32,000 bases of DNA from Acaryochloris marina S15 (GTDB lineage: Bacteria; Cyanobacteriota; Cyanobacteriia; Thermosynechococcales; Thermosynechococcaceae), in assembly GCF_018336915.1 (NCBI RefSeq), contig NZ_CP064923.1, forward strand, positions 5,670,001-5,702,000. Reading direction: 5' to 3'. Made by a program: the position numbers and the translations under genes. Positions 7,390-16,362 of this stretch are shown one piece after another. Position 1 is the first letter of the stretch. Every line of letters starts with the position of its first letter. The notes below the pieces were generated by a model. That model was given only the letters and a program-made list of their open reading frames with translations. It searched no databases and was not told the origin of the DNA.

Positions 7390-7785
7390 TCAGGCTAAAA
7401 CCTCCACTTCAACGCAGTTCTGGCACAGACCAAAGAATTCTAGAGTGTGGTAAAAGACTTGAAATTTCTGTGTTTGTGAGAGTTCTTGTTCTAACTCGTG
7501 GACTGGGCAGTTCATTAATGGCATGGACCTGCCACAGTTTACACAGGTCAGATGATGTCGATGAGCGGAGGCAATACTATAAACCGCTTCACCATTGGGT
7601 AAAGAACGTGTTTGCACTTTGCCACGCTGCTGGAGAACCTTAAGGGCACGGTAAATCGTTGCCAACCCCACTCTTTGTTGCTGCTTTTTAAATTCTTGAT
7701 GCAGATCTTGAGCAGAAAATTCTTGGGGAGTGGAAAAGAGGACTTCCAACACGCGCCGCTGATGAGGGGTTAGTTTCTCTGGCAT
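7390..7785 (-). CDS. zur: Fur-family transcriptional regulator, most likely Zur
   Basis: Winged-helix N-terminus (LTPHQRRVLEVL...GLATIYRALKVLQQRG), HRHHLTCVNCG and CQNC CxxC pairs. It has its own Fur-type box upstream and is surrounded by boxed Zn-homeostasis genes. I prefer the ATG at 7783-7785 over the TTG at 7830. Confidence 0.8.
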   Translation of the reverse strand: MPEKLTPHQRRVLEVLFSTPQEFSAQDLHQEFKKQQQRVGLATIYRALKVLQQRGKVQTRSLPNGEAVYSIASAHRHHLTCVNCGRSMPLMNCPVHELEQELSQTQKFQVFYHTLEFFGLCQNCVEVEVLA

Positions 7786-7849
7786 ACTCAACTCCTTACT
7801 GCACCTGGAACGAGAACCTTTTTTTGACAAATCAAAAGACTATCGGACA

Positions 7850-7864
7850 TGATTATCATTCTCA
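7850..7864. promoter_or_regulatory. Degenerate Zur/Fur-type box upstream of zur (TGATTATCATTCTCA)
   Basis: Matches 12 of 14 arm positions. Lies 65-79 nt upstream of the zur ATG. An extra TGATAAC half-site is at 7870-7876. Confidence 0.55.
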
Positions 7865-8195
7865 TTTTATGATAACAGCCCTGCCTAATAGACCGTCAAT
7901 ATTACGATTCAACCCTAACCTCTGGGAAGTCTCTTCGGGTTAACAACCTTGGGAACACATTTACTACAGGCGATGACAGAGGATCAATGGTGACCCAAAC
8001 GTGATGTGATCGCATCCTCCAGCTTCTTCCCAGAGAAAATAGGATGGAGTATGTTTACTCTCTTCTAGTGCAGACATTGCTCAAGCATCCTGATTTTTCA
8101 TCTATTCAAACGTGACAAAAGAGGGGTAGAGAGATGTTGCCTTTGGGGGAACCAGCAGATAGATCTTGATACGGTGTTGAACGAGTAAGCGTGAT

Positions 8196-9656
8196 TTACG
8201 GTAACCATTGTGGATCGATGCCTGAGCCAACGGAAGAAGGCTGCTGATTACTACTGTCTAAGGGTAAAATCCACAGATTACTGGTGGTCACTGAACCGCC
8301 CTGATTCGTCTGAACACTCTCTGGATTGTCGGGACTCGCTTCAATCGATTGGTCAAATAGCAACGCTGAACCATCTGGAGCGAGGGCCATATTTGTATCA
8401 CGCTGATTGGTTAGATTCAAGAGCCTCGTTTCTGTTTGGGTGGCTAAGTCAATCGTTGCAAAGTAAGGAATTTCTACATATTCTTCGCCAGAACCTACCT
8501 GAGTGAGCAAACAGTAAAGTAACTGTTTTTTGGGGTCAAAGGTGGCTCTGATAATTGAGCCAGTTGTTTTGAGCAGTTCGATTTGCTGGCCCTGAGTTGT
8601 GACTAAAAACAAAGACTTAGTGAAATCGGGGTTGAACTTGAGCATCGTAGCGGCTGATCCGTCGCTAGCAAAGCTTAAAACCATCCCAAATTTAGGTAGA
8701 AACTCCAGAGGCTGATCATTTACACTGCCATCCAGGGGTAAGATTGCCAGCCCTTGTCCTTGGGCAATCACTAACGATCGACTATCAGGGGCAATCAAGA
8801 AATTGCCTCCTTCAACCTTCTCTAATAGTCGGATGGATTTGCCTGTGGGTAGTTGCCAAAGACTGACCTGGCCTAGACCTGCTCCTTCTTTGGGAGCCCG
8901 TTGGACAACAATTCGACTGCCGTCTGCAGCGAGATCGAACTTGAGAATTTGATATTTCTGGTTATCCAAGACCTGTTCCATTTCACCTGCGGGTTTTTGA
9001 GAGCCGCTATCTTGATCAGGAGGATTGGCCTGTAACCCTGTCGTGACGGTGTAGAGTTTGGGGTCGAAATTGCCTGCAGAGACACTTTTACGTTCTGTGG
9101 CAGCAAATAGAATGCGATCGCCATAGGGATACGGCTTAAATTCCGTGACGACTAGGTCGGCAGGTGTAAGAATCGTTTTTTGGTCTTGGGTTAAATTCTT
9201 GAGAATGAGCCGTCCTGATTCTTCCCCATTTACACCGATGTATACATAAGCGCGATCGCGACTCCGAAACGTCCCCGAAAACGGCTGCATCACCTTGGGT
9301 TGGACATTGGGACTCAGGCCCACTTCCTCCACTTGGCTCAGCTGGACTTTGAATTCAGTCCCGTAAGGGATGGGCTCAGTCAACGTATAGGCCAGTCGTC
9401 GGCCTGACCAACTCAGTTTTCCCGGCAACTCAGGGGTTAAAGTCAGGTTTTCTTCAACCTTGGGCCAATCCATCGTCCGATTGAACGACAAGATAAAGGC
9501 CGTATCTTCCATGCCAACTCGTTTCTCTTGCCAATTAAAGTTGCGGACAATCGGCACCGTATGGTCTCCCCCCATGATGATAAAGCCGATCAGGAATGTG
9601 AGAGCGGCCATCATCGTGATGGCAATACGATCCAGGGGGTAAATCCGGTGCTTCAT
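8196..9656 (-). CDS. Membrane-anchored protein with an Ig-like domain and a TolB/PD40-like beta-propeller region (hypothetical)
   Basis: N-terminal TM helix IAITMMAALTFLIGFIIMGG, then a beta-rich sequence with repeated DGS/PDG...L motifs. ATG at 9654-9656. Confidence 0.6.
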   Translation of the reverse strand: MKHRIYPLDRIAITMMAALTFLIGFIIMGGDHTVPIVRNFNWQEKRVGMEDTAFILSFNRTMDWPKVEENLTLTPELPGKLSWSGRRLAYTLTEPIPYGTEFKVQLSQVEEVGLSPNVQPKVMQPFSGTFRSRDRAYVYIGVNGEESGRLILKNLTQDQKTILTPADLVVTEFKPYPYGDRILFAATERKSVSAGNFDPKLYTVTTGLQANPPDQDSGSQKPAGEMEQVLDNQKYQILKFDLAADGSRIVVQRAPKEGAGLGQVSLWQLPTGKSIRLLEKVEGGNFLIAPDSRSLVIAQGQGLAILPLDGSVNDQPLEFLPKFGMVLSFASDGSAATMLKFNPDFTKSLFLVTTQGQQIELLKTTGSIIRATFDPKKQLLYCLLTQVGSGEEYVEIPYFATIDLATQTETRLLNLTNQRDTNMALAPDGSALLFDQSIEASPDNPESVQTNQGGSVTTSNLWILPLDSSNQQPSSVGSGIDPQWLP

Positions 9657-9759
9657 AGGGCTGTATATGGAAACGCTGACAATTAAGGCTTCAAAAGCAT
9701 GTTGTTTGGGTGGTTAGGGGCATTTTCAGACCAGTCAGAAACCGCTTAATCACCTGCCT

Positions 9760-9925
9760 TCAGGCCGACCCACCCACTTCAATACAGTTCTGGCGCAGAT
9801 CCAAGAATTTGTGCGGTAAAAAACTTGCAATTTCTGTATTTGCGTCAGTTTCCGGTCTACCTCGTAGACGAGACAGTTCAGTCCTGGCATGGAGTTGACT
9901 CAGGTCAGAGGATGCCGTTGAGGGG
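9760..9925 (-). pseudogene. Decayed 3' fragment of a zur-like Fur-family gene, forming the tail of the feoB-like ORF
   Basis: Hand alignment to zur 7390 to about 7560. The shared end is ...(F)L(D)L(R)QNC(I)EV...A-TGA. Upstream, YEVDRKLTQIQKLQVFYRT aligns with HELEQELSQTQKFQVFYHT in another frame, with a net 4-nt length difference. SMPGLNCLVYE aligns with SMPLMNCPVHE. PLT-TGA-VN aligns with HLTCVNCGR, showing TGT to TGA plus a 9-nt deletion. Confidence 0.7.
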
Positions 9926-10542
9926 AACACCTCACTGGCGAATGCACCCGAGCACCAGTACCCTCCCCAGGCCAAGATCAAGGAGAAGCAAGTTGCCGCT
10001 ATTGCCTGACGACCCATTAACACCAGTGCAAATCGGAGAGACTGTTCTTTGGCGATCGTCAGGGCCGTGACCAAACAAGGTAACAAGACACCTGCCAGGT
10101 AGACCCCTGTGAGAATTTGCAGCGGTGTGAGAGCGGAGAGAGTTTCAGCTTCAGCAAAGAGCAGCAAACCATCTTTGCGAATAGAGGCCAGGATCATGGG
10201 CAAAGCTGCTTCTGGAGGGAGGCGAAAGATCTGCATCAGGGGATGAATAATGGATGCAGCAGCAGTCAGAAGACTCAGCTCATCTAAAATCGATGCGATC
10301 AAGGTAATGGCCACAAAAATGGGAATGGCATTGGTCAAAAACTGATGAAGCGTACCCTGGGTTTCTCGCCAGATGGTGGCTAAGTGTGGTCTTTCCAAAA
10401 ACGTGCGGTGTTCAATCATCAACGGGTTGTGGAGAGAACGAGCCGACTTAGGGGCAATCAAGCGAGTGTAGATCAGCGTTGTCAAAGTTAGATAACCCAA
10501 GTAGGGAATCACCAAGCTAGGCCAATGGGCTGCACTAAACAC

Positions 10543-11974
10543 CAGCAATTGTAAATTCAAAATTTTGGCAAGCTAGGTTGTAGTCGTTGAGGATGTATTC
10601 ATACACTTGCAGAGCCCCAGACGATGAATGAAGGTGTTCTAAATTTCCCTCTCTTACTGCACTGGCTACATCAGCTCATTGAGCACCTCGATGATCCACG
10701 TCAACCCAGTAATGGCACCAAATTTAGTCTCAAAGATATTGTATTAGGCGCATTTGCTGTCTTCTTTATGCAATGTCCTTCGTTTCTGGAGTACCAACGC
10801 CATGTTCATAGTCGTCATGGTCGTGACAACGCCCAAGCCCTCTTTGAGTTAACAGAACTCCCCACGAGCAACCAAATCAAGAATGTTTTGGACTTGATCG
10901 CATTTCGTCTTCTGTTTCCCATTTTTTATCAAATTTATAGCGTTCTCCTACGACGAGGTTATCTAGAGCAATATAAGGTTCTAGGTGGACACCTGTTGGT
11001 AGGGCTAGACGGCAGCGAGTATTTTTCCTCAAACTGGATTTGTTGCGATCAGTGTTCTACCAAAACCCATCGGGATGGGAGTGTCACCTATACGCACACC
11101 GCCGTGTTGCCCGTCCTCGTTTGTCCGGAAATTGAACATGTCATTTCTCTGGCCCCAGAGTTCATTCGTCCTCAAGATGGTGCGGAGAAACAGGATAGTG
11201 AAACCGCTGCGGCCAAACGGTGGATCAAGGGGCATGCTCAAGGGTTTGACGGAGCCAAGATTACGGTTCTTGGCGATGACCTCTATAGCCGTCAACCGAT
11301 GGTGGAGACTTGTTTAGAGGATGAGTTGAACTTCATTTTTGTCTGTTTGCCCTCCTCCCATCCAGAGCTATATGAATGGGTAGAGTATTTAGAAGGTATT
11401 GGAGATGTTGAGCATCTAGAGACTCGGGGCTGGAACGGTCGCTATCATGAAATTTGTCAGTATCGCTATTACAATCGCATCCCCCTGCGTGAGGAGCTAC
11501 CAGCAGTGATGGTCAACTGGTGCGAAGTCTCTGTTACTCGTGCTGCTGATGGAAAGACTATGTATCACAACGCGTTCATTACTCACCATTTCATCAATGA
11601 CCAAAGTGTGGCCGAGATTGTCAGTGCTGGACGTGCCCGATGGAAAGCGGAGAATGAAGGACACAATGTCCTCAAAACCAAGGGCTATCACTTAGAACAT
11701 AATTTTGGTCATGGTCAGAAGAACCTTGCTGCTGTGCTATTGGTACTCAACCTGTTGGCATTCTTATTTCATACCGTCTTGCACTTGGTGGACTCCACTT
11801 ATCAACGCATGCGAAAGCAACGGGGAACCCGACAAGGCTTTTTTCACGATATTCAGACTTTGACCAAATACTTGCTCTTTGAGAGTTGGGAGCATTTGCT
11901 CCAGTTTATGTTGGATGATCCAGAGCCTCGAATAGCAGCCGATACCTCATGAAATATTGAATTTACAATTGCTG
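10543..11974 (+). mobile_element. IS4-superfamily insertion sequence (1432 bp)
   Basis: Perfect 18-bp terminal inverted repeats: CAGCAATTGTAAATTCAA at 10543-10560 and TTGAATTTACAATTGCTG at 11957-11974. Perfect 9-bp target duplication ACTAAACAC at 10534-10542 and 11975-11983. Confidence 0.9.
10624..11952 (+). CDS. DDE transposase (IS4-type, YREK-like motif)
   Basis: 442 aa and intact. Candidate catalytic residues lie in VGLDGSEYF, VLGDDLYS and ARWKAENEGHNVLK. Confidence 0.85.
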   Translation: MNEGVLNFPLLLHWLHQLIEHLDDPRQPSNGTKFSLKDIVLGAFAVFFMQCPSFLEYQRHVHSRHGRDNAQALFELTELPTSNQIKNVLDLIAFRLLFPIFYQIYSVLLRRGYLEQYKVLGGHLLVGLDGSEYFSSNWICCDQCSTKTHRDGSVTYTHTAVLPVLVCPEIEHVISLAPEFIRPQDGAEKQDSETAAAKRWIKGHAQGFDGAKITVLGDDLYSRQPMVETCLEDELNFIFVCLPSSHPELYEWVEYLEGIGDVEHLETRGWNGRYHEICQYRYYNRIPLREELPAVMVNWCEVSVTRAADGKTMYHNAFITHHFINDQSVAEIVSAGRARWKAENEGHNVLKTKGYHLEHNFGHGQKNLAAVLLVLNLLAFLFHTVLHLVDSTYQRMRKQRGTRQGFFHDIQTLTKYLLFESWEHLLQFMLDDPEPRIAADTS

Positions 11975-13125
11975 ACTAAACACCGCCAGCGTGGCACCGA
12001 ATTGGTATGAACAGGCGGAACCAAAGGCAATCGCCGAAATACAAGTTTTTCGAGCACAACTAGAACAGGCACGAGTACTGATCACTGCTGGCACATTACA
12101 GCCAAATCCCATCACGACCCGCACCAGATCCCGTCCAGATAACCCCAAGGGACGCAACAGTGGATGTAGGGCAACCGTGATCCGCTCTACCAAGCCGCTA
12201 GCCTTGTAAGTTCCCAAACATACGGCATAGAGAATGACAGTCGGCACAGCCCAAACCCATAGCAACGGTCCCATCGTCAGTAAGCCATAACGTCCAATCA
12301 GCATTTCTCTCGGCAGAGACAGAGGTATATCAGCCAGAACATCTACCAGGGGTTTGACCAGCGATTGCACAAGGGGATCAGCAACGGCCGCAAAGCTATT
12401 GGCAAACCCAACCGCAAGTAGGGTAGGCAGTAGTAGGAGAATGAGCGCCACCAGCCACCCAAACTGTGGATGTTCTAACACCGTTGGTCGAGGTTCAATC
12501 CGCCATCCAGCCGGAATGGGTTGCCGTTGTGGAAATACAGCCGGATCTTGCAAAGCTGCCCGAATTTCGTGATGCTGTCCTAGGGTCAGATGTCTCGCAT
12601 CAATGGGGATAAACGCCAGATTAGAGGTCTGTTCCCAACATTGGACAATCTCCTGGGTAAACCTAGCGTGAGACACTTTGTCCCAAAACGTGATCACAAC
12701 AATGCCCCGCTTCCCCACTACCAAGGGCCATAAATCCATCAAATCTTCATCCACATGGGTTGCTTTGATCACCAACAACACAGTGTCATGGGTTTTTAAT
12801 TGCGCCAGTGCAGCTTGCGTGGTGACCCGATCCGATCGGTACAAAATACCGGGGGTATCCACAACAGTCAGTCCGTCTCCGACATAGGTGTCACAGGCAA
12901 TCGTAGAGCCACGGAAGTTAATGCTGTAAGGCAAACATCCCGTGAGCGAAGCAACCAGTTGAGATTTGCCCGTATTTTCTTTACCGATCACGACGATAGA
13001 GCGCTGGGCGGGTGGGATAAGTAGGGGCATAGCGGATCATTAACAGAATCGGACAAGATAACGTTGCTCTCTCCCCAGTAGTAGAGCCACTGGCGAAATC
13101 AGCATTTGTTTACATGGCAAAGCCT

Positions 13126-13292
13126 TTTGCAGCCCCCTAAATCCCCCATTCTGGGGGACTTTGAGCCTATAGCTAAGCTGGATAATAGGACCAAAAATCT
13201 CAAGCATTGTTCTCTCCAATCTGATTTTGCATATCTGTGCAGAAATAGGTAAAGTCCCCCACTGGTAGGGGATTTAGGGGGCGAGTGCAAGG
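13126..13292. repeat. MITE-like element with terminal inverted repeats of about 40 bp
   Basis: TTTTGCAGCCCCCTAAATCCCCCATTCTGGGGGACTTTGA (13126-13165) pairs with TAAAGTCCCCCACTGGTAGGGGATTTAGGGGGCGAGTGCAAGG (13250-13292). A third solo arm is at 13362-13392 (TTAGGGGACTGAGGGGGCTAGTGCAA). The ORF at 13099-13320 in the track is this repeat. Confidence 0.6.
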
Positions 13293-13435
13293 GTGAAATC
13301 CATCGACATAATCGCCCCATATAATCTGGACGTGAAATTCGCCAGCAGTATCAGAATTAGGGGACTGAGGGGGCTAGTGCAATCCATAAAAGGTAAGAGC
13401 AGCTTCAGGTAGGATTCATGCAAGAGGTCTAGTGG

Positions 13436-14557
13436 CTAACAGATACAGTCGTTGTCGCAACAAGACAGGTCATCTAAAAACATTCCTTGTTGGCGGTAGG
13501 TTTCTAAAGGCGCAGGGTCAAGGTCTAAACGGCGTGCGATCGCATCAGCCACTACCGCAAACCGCTGCCGAAATTTATAGATAAAGCAAAAAATAAGACC
13601 GTGATGACGGACGGAGGGGCCAACCACAAACAGCCCTGGCGTCAGAGTAGACTCATCTTGATCATTCAAAATGGCATGCCCCTCTGCCCAAAAGAACAAC
13701 GACGCAATCTGCTGCAAGCTGGTCTCAAAACCAGTACAGAGAATCGGGGGATGAACCGTCAGCCATTTCTGATATTCGCTAAAGACGGCATAGCCCCCCG
13801 ACACTTTTTTGACTTCCTCAATGGAGACATTGCCAATCAGTTCGAGACGGCCCGTTTGATGGGCCAACATCACGCGCTGCAGCGTATAGGGTGACAAAGA
13901 AATGCTCGGATCCGTCTCCTGGTTCCCCCACACCCCAGTCCGATCTAAAACCCTGACGTTCTTTCCTAAGGCGACTAAGTGGGTGGCGGCATCCATACCA
14001 CTTTCATAGCCGCCGATGATCGTAAATTCATCCCCTGGCAAATTGGCCCAAGAGCGAATCTGAGAATTGTGAATGCAATGGTCTGCTCCCAAAAATGGAT
14101 TTAACCTTGGGTATTGGAATTCCCCAGCAGCCCAGATCACAAACTGGGTTTTGACGTCTCCGCCAGACGTCTTTAGGATGAAGCCGCGACACTGAGAAAG
14201 GGGCTCAATGGCCAAAACATCCGTTTCTGTCTTCACAGGCAAATGGAAGTGATCGACCACCGTTTGCAAATAGAGTGCATACTGCTGGCCATTGATATGT
14301 TCTCGTCGAAAGGCGATCGCTGGAGACGTTTTCAAGGTAATGGCATTGAGATCGAGTAGGCCAAAACCATGACTCGGAAACGAGGGGGTAATCAAGTTCA
14401 TCTCTGCTGGCCAGCGGAGAAAAGACGCCCCCACCTGCAGCCGATCCAGCAGGATAAAGTTTTCCATGCCTAGCTCCTGAAGCGCGACCGCACAACCCAC
14501 CCCGGCTGGCCCCGCACCGACTATCACTACGTCATAGGAAGAATTTGTCTGTTTCAT
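13436..14557 (-). CDS. FAD/NAD(P)-binding oxidoreductase (Pyr_redox/FMO-like) with a Cys-rich C-terminus
   Basis: Rossmann motif YDVVIVGAGPAGVG near the N-terminus if the ATG at 14555-14557 is used. A second dinucleotide motif is FTIIGGYESGMD. The tail is LSCCDNDCIC. The upstream TTG at 14626 would place the Zur box inside the CDS. Confidence 0.75.
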   Translation of the reverse strand: MKQTNSSYDVVIVGAGPAGVGCAVALQELGMENFILLDRLQVGASFLRWPAEMNLITPSFPSHGFGLLDLNAITLKTSPAIAFRREHINGQQYALYLQTVVDHFHLPVKTETDVLAIEPLSQCRGFILKTSGGDVKTQFVIWAAGEFQYPRLNPFLGADHCIHNSQIRSWANLPGDEFTIIGGYESGMDAATHLVALGKNVRVLDRTGVWGNQETDPSISLSPYTLQRVMLAHQTGRLELIGNVSIEEVKKVSGGYAVFSEYQKWLTVHPPILCTGFETSLQQIASLFFWAEGHAILNDQDESTLTPGLFVVGPSVRHHGLIFCFIYKFRQRFAVVADAIARRLDLDPAPLETYRQQGMFLDDLSCCDNDCIC

Positions 14558-14591
14558 GGATAGACTTGCTGCCAGCAGGATTTTAGTAGAA

Positions 14592-14606
14592 TGATTATCA
14601 TTATCA
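14592..14606. promoter_or_regulatory. Zur/Fur-type box (TGATTATCATTATCA)
   Basis: Matches 13 of 14 arm positions. Lies 35 nt upstream of the flavoprotein ATG. Confidence 0.7.
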
Positions 14607-14664
14607 TATTTTTTGGAATCAACCAACGCTGAATCAAAATAATCGATACCCGTCCCACCGACCC

Positions 14665-15198
14665 TTATATTGACTTGCCAACACCCTCATCCCATCGGGT
14701 ACAGAACGGGTAAGCGTAAGCTGGCGGGCCAAATTCTATAGAGAATTCAAAATTGATCACCTGCCAGCGGGAGTCAGCATCGATGGCGGGGCTAAATTCT
14801 AAGGGCAGTCCATAGAGCCGGGGTTTGGCATAGTAAATCTGTCGCCACCAGTCAGATTGGGATTCTAAATGGGGCTGGACTAGCGCTTCATATCGGTGAG
14901 CAAGGGTAAGTCTAATCGCTCGAAAACCCTGGTAATGCAAGTGATCAAGCGCTTGGCTAACTTCTATCTTTAGTCCTTCCGGGTCGCGATGTTGCTGATA
15001 CCAGTTGCCCTGCCAGTGATGCCAACATCGCTCCGAAGCGGGGTGGACGAGACCGCCCGTTACGGGATCAGCTTCAAAGACCCCATGACGAGGGCAAAGA
15101 TACGCCTCGGTTAGCACAAGGGCTGGACTCTGTTGGCAACAAATCGGACAGCGAATATTGATACCAAAAATGGGCCAATCTAACACAGAGAGGGTCAC
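14665..15198 (-). CDS. Hypothetical protein with an N-terminal CPxC...CPxH zinc-ribbon-like motif
   Basis: NIRCPICCQQSPALVLTEAYLCPRHGVF. The GTG start at 15198 lies 2 nt after the WD40 stop (15201), suggesting translational coupling. Confidence 0.6.
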   Translation of the reverse strand: MTLSVLDWPIFGINIRCPICCQQSPALVLTEAYLCPRHGVFEADPVTGGLVHPASERCWHHWQGNWYQQHRDPEGLKIEVSQALDHLHYQGFRAIRLTLAHRYEALVQPHLESQSDWWRQIYYAKPRLYGLPLEFSPAIDADSRWQVINFEFSIEFGPPAYAYPFCTRWDEGVGKSI

Positions 15199-15200
15199 GC

Positions 15201-16298
15201 TCAGTCATGCCCCCCTTCGTCGTTTTCATTCCCTAAACCAACAGACCAAACTAAAACTTCACCCTGTTGACCACCTGCAGCTAGACACTTTCCAGTGGAG
15301 TGCCAAGCCAAACACGAAAATCCGTCCTTCGCGCCATTGAGCATCTGAGCAGCTTCAATAGCTGCCTGCCACAAAATGACCCAACCATCTTCAGATAGAG
15401 AGGCGAGCAAACCCGTTTGGTGCTGAAACGCAATATCTAAAACGTTTGCAGTGTGACTCTCTAATATCCAACTTTGCCAGTCTGCGTTGGGTAATAGCGT
15501 CGACATCGCCACATATTCACGGGTTGCAGCCGCTAATATGGGGGAGCGCTCCGAATCGGGTACATCGGCCCAGGCAAGTTGGCGAATCTTACCAGGAAAC
15601 CCTTGGATGAGGGTTGGCAAGTCATCTTCTGCGGTGGGAGCCTGATTGACAAGAGATACTTTTGCCCACGTTAGAATACTGACGCTTTGGTCTTGGTTTG
15701 CTGTTGCCAGATAAGCCCCGCCCGGCGACCAGGATAGAGACATTGCTGGAGCGATCAGTTCCCATTGATAGAGGGATTGATGCCACTGGGGGATCTGCCA
15801 GATGTGGATTAGGGTATTGGCTGCCACCGCAAGATGTTGCCCATCGGGTGACCAGCCAAGATCTTGAACTTGGGCATCAAGTTCAAGAGAGGTCAGCATT
15901 TCGGCCCTATCAGCATCCCAGATTTGCACCTTCTTCCCTCGATTGAAGGCGAGTAAGTTGCGGTGGGGATGCCACTGGAGCCGGTCAATCCAGGCAGAGT
16001 CGCCCGTTAGGGTCTTTGGGGCTGGAGCTTTCTCTGTCGCCATGAGCCAGAGGTGGATTTGCCCTGCTTGACCACCGGCTGCTAACCACTGGCCATCAGC
16101 GGAGAAGGCAATGCTATCGATGGATGAACCAATGGCATCTTGAAGCAATAGATCACTATCGTTGTGCAGCAAAAGAACCTCGCCTGCCCCCGAAGTCACG
16201 GCCAGGGTATTGCCAACGGACGACCAGGAGATCGCAGTAATGTAATCCGATAGGTGATGATGGCGACTCAGTTCTGCCAGGGGCTTAAGAAGGGGCAT
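15201..16298 (-). CDS. WD40-repeat beta-propeller protein (paralogue of 1111-2148)
   Basis: WD-like repeats (SADGQWLAAGGQAGQIHLW, SPDGQHLAVAANTLIHIW, GHTANVLDIAFQHQTGLLASLSEDGWVILW). ATG at 16296-16298. Confidence 0.85.
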   Translation of the reverse strand: MPLLKPLAELSRHHHLSDYITAISWSSVGNTLAVTSGAGEVLLLHNDSDLLLQDAIGSSIDSIAFSADGQWLAAGGQAGQIHLWLMATEKAPAPKTLTGDSAWIDRLQWHPHRNLLAFNRGKKVQIWDADRAEMLTSLELDAQVQDLGWSPDGQHLAVAANTLIHIWQIPQWHQSLYQWELIAPAMSLSWSPGGAYLATANQDQSVSILTWAKVSLVNQAPTAEDDLPTLIQGFPGKIRQLAWADVPDSERSPILAAATREYVAMSTLLPNADWQSWILESHTANVLDIAFQHQTGLLASLSEDGWVILWQAAIEAAQMLNGAKDGFSCLAWHSTGKCLAAGGQQGEVLVWSVGLGNENDEGGHD

Positions 16299-16362
16299 CG
16301 AAGATGGCTAAGTAGTGAGGGTGAATGGGTGGACGGCGGTAACTGCATAAAACATTCCATCA

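Larger units (their letters stand above)
9760..13030 (-). pseudogene. feoB-like GTPase/permease gene interrupted by an IS element
   Basis: The N-terminal part (13030-11975) has the G domain GKENTGKS, DTPG and FWDK plus TM segments. The C-terminal part (10542-9760) continues the permease. The two are joined by a 9-bp duplication (VFS codons). Removing 10543-11983 restores ...GATLAVFSAAHWPSLVIPYLGY... as one ORF of about 609 aa. Confidence 0.85.

Noticed and set aside
7786-7830. TTG start at 7830 for zur, and similar long N-terminal extensions at 17043, 19456, 20063 and 28788
   Set aside because: All are non-ATG starts produced by the longest-ORF rule. Each has an in-frame ATG with a better RBS or a better domain fit shortly downstream.
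9760-10560. The 266-aa ORF as an independent gene starting at 10560
   Set aside because: Its first nine codons (TTG start, NLQLLVFS) are the IS terminal repeat plus the target duplication. The remainder is the C-terminal continuation of the feoB-like ORF at 11963-13030.
13056-13070. A Zur box upstream of the feoB-like gene (AGATAACGTTGCTCT)
   Set aside because: Only the left arm matches. The right arm shows no similarity to ATTATCA.
13099-13320. 73-aa ORF
   Set aside because: It lies entirely within the MITE-like inverted-repeat element, and its sequence is low-complexity repeat-derived.
14558-14626. Upstream TTG start extending the flavoprotein ORF to 14626
   Set aside because: The extension would contain the Zur box (14592-14606). 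The Rossmann GxGxxG sits at the expected distance from the ATG at 14557.
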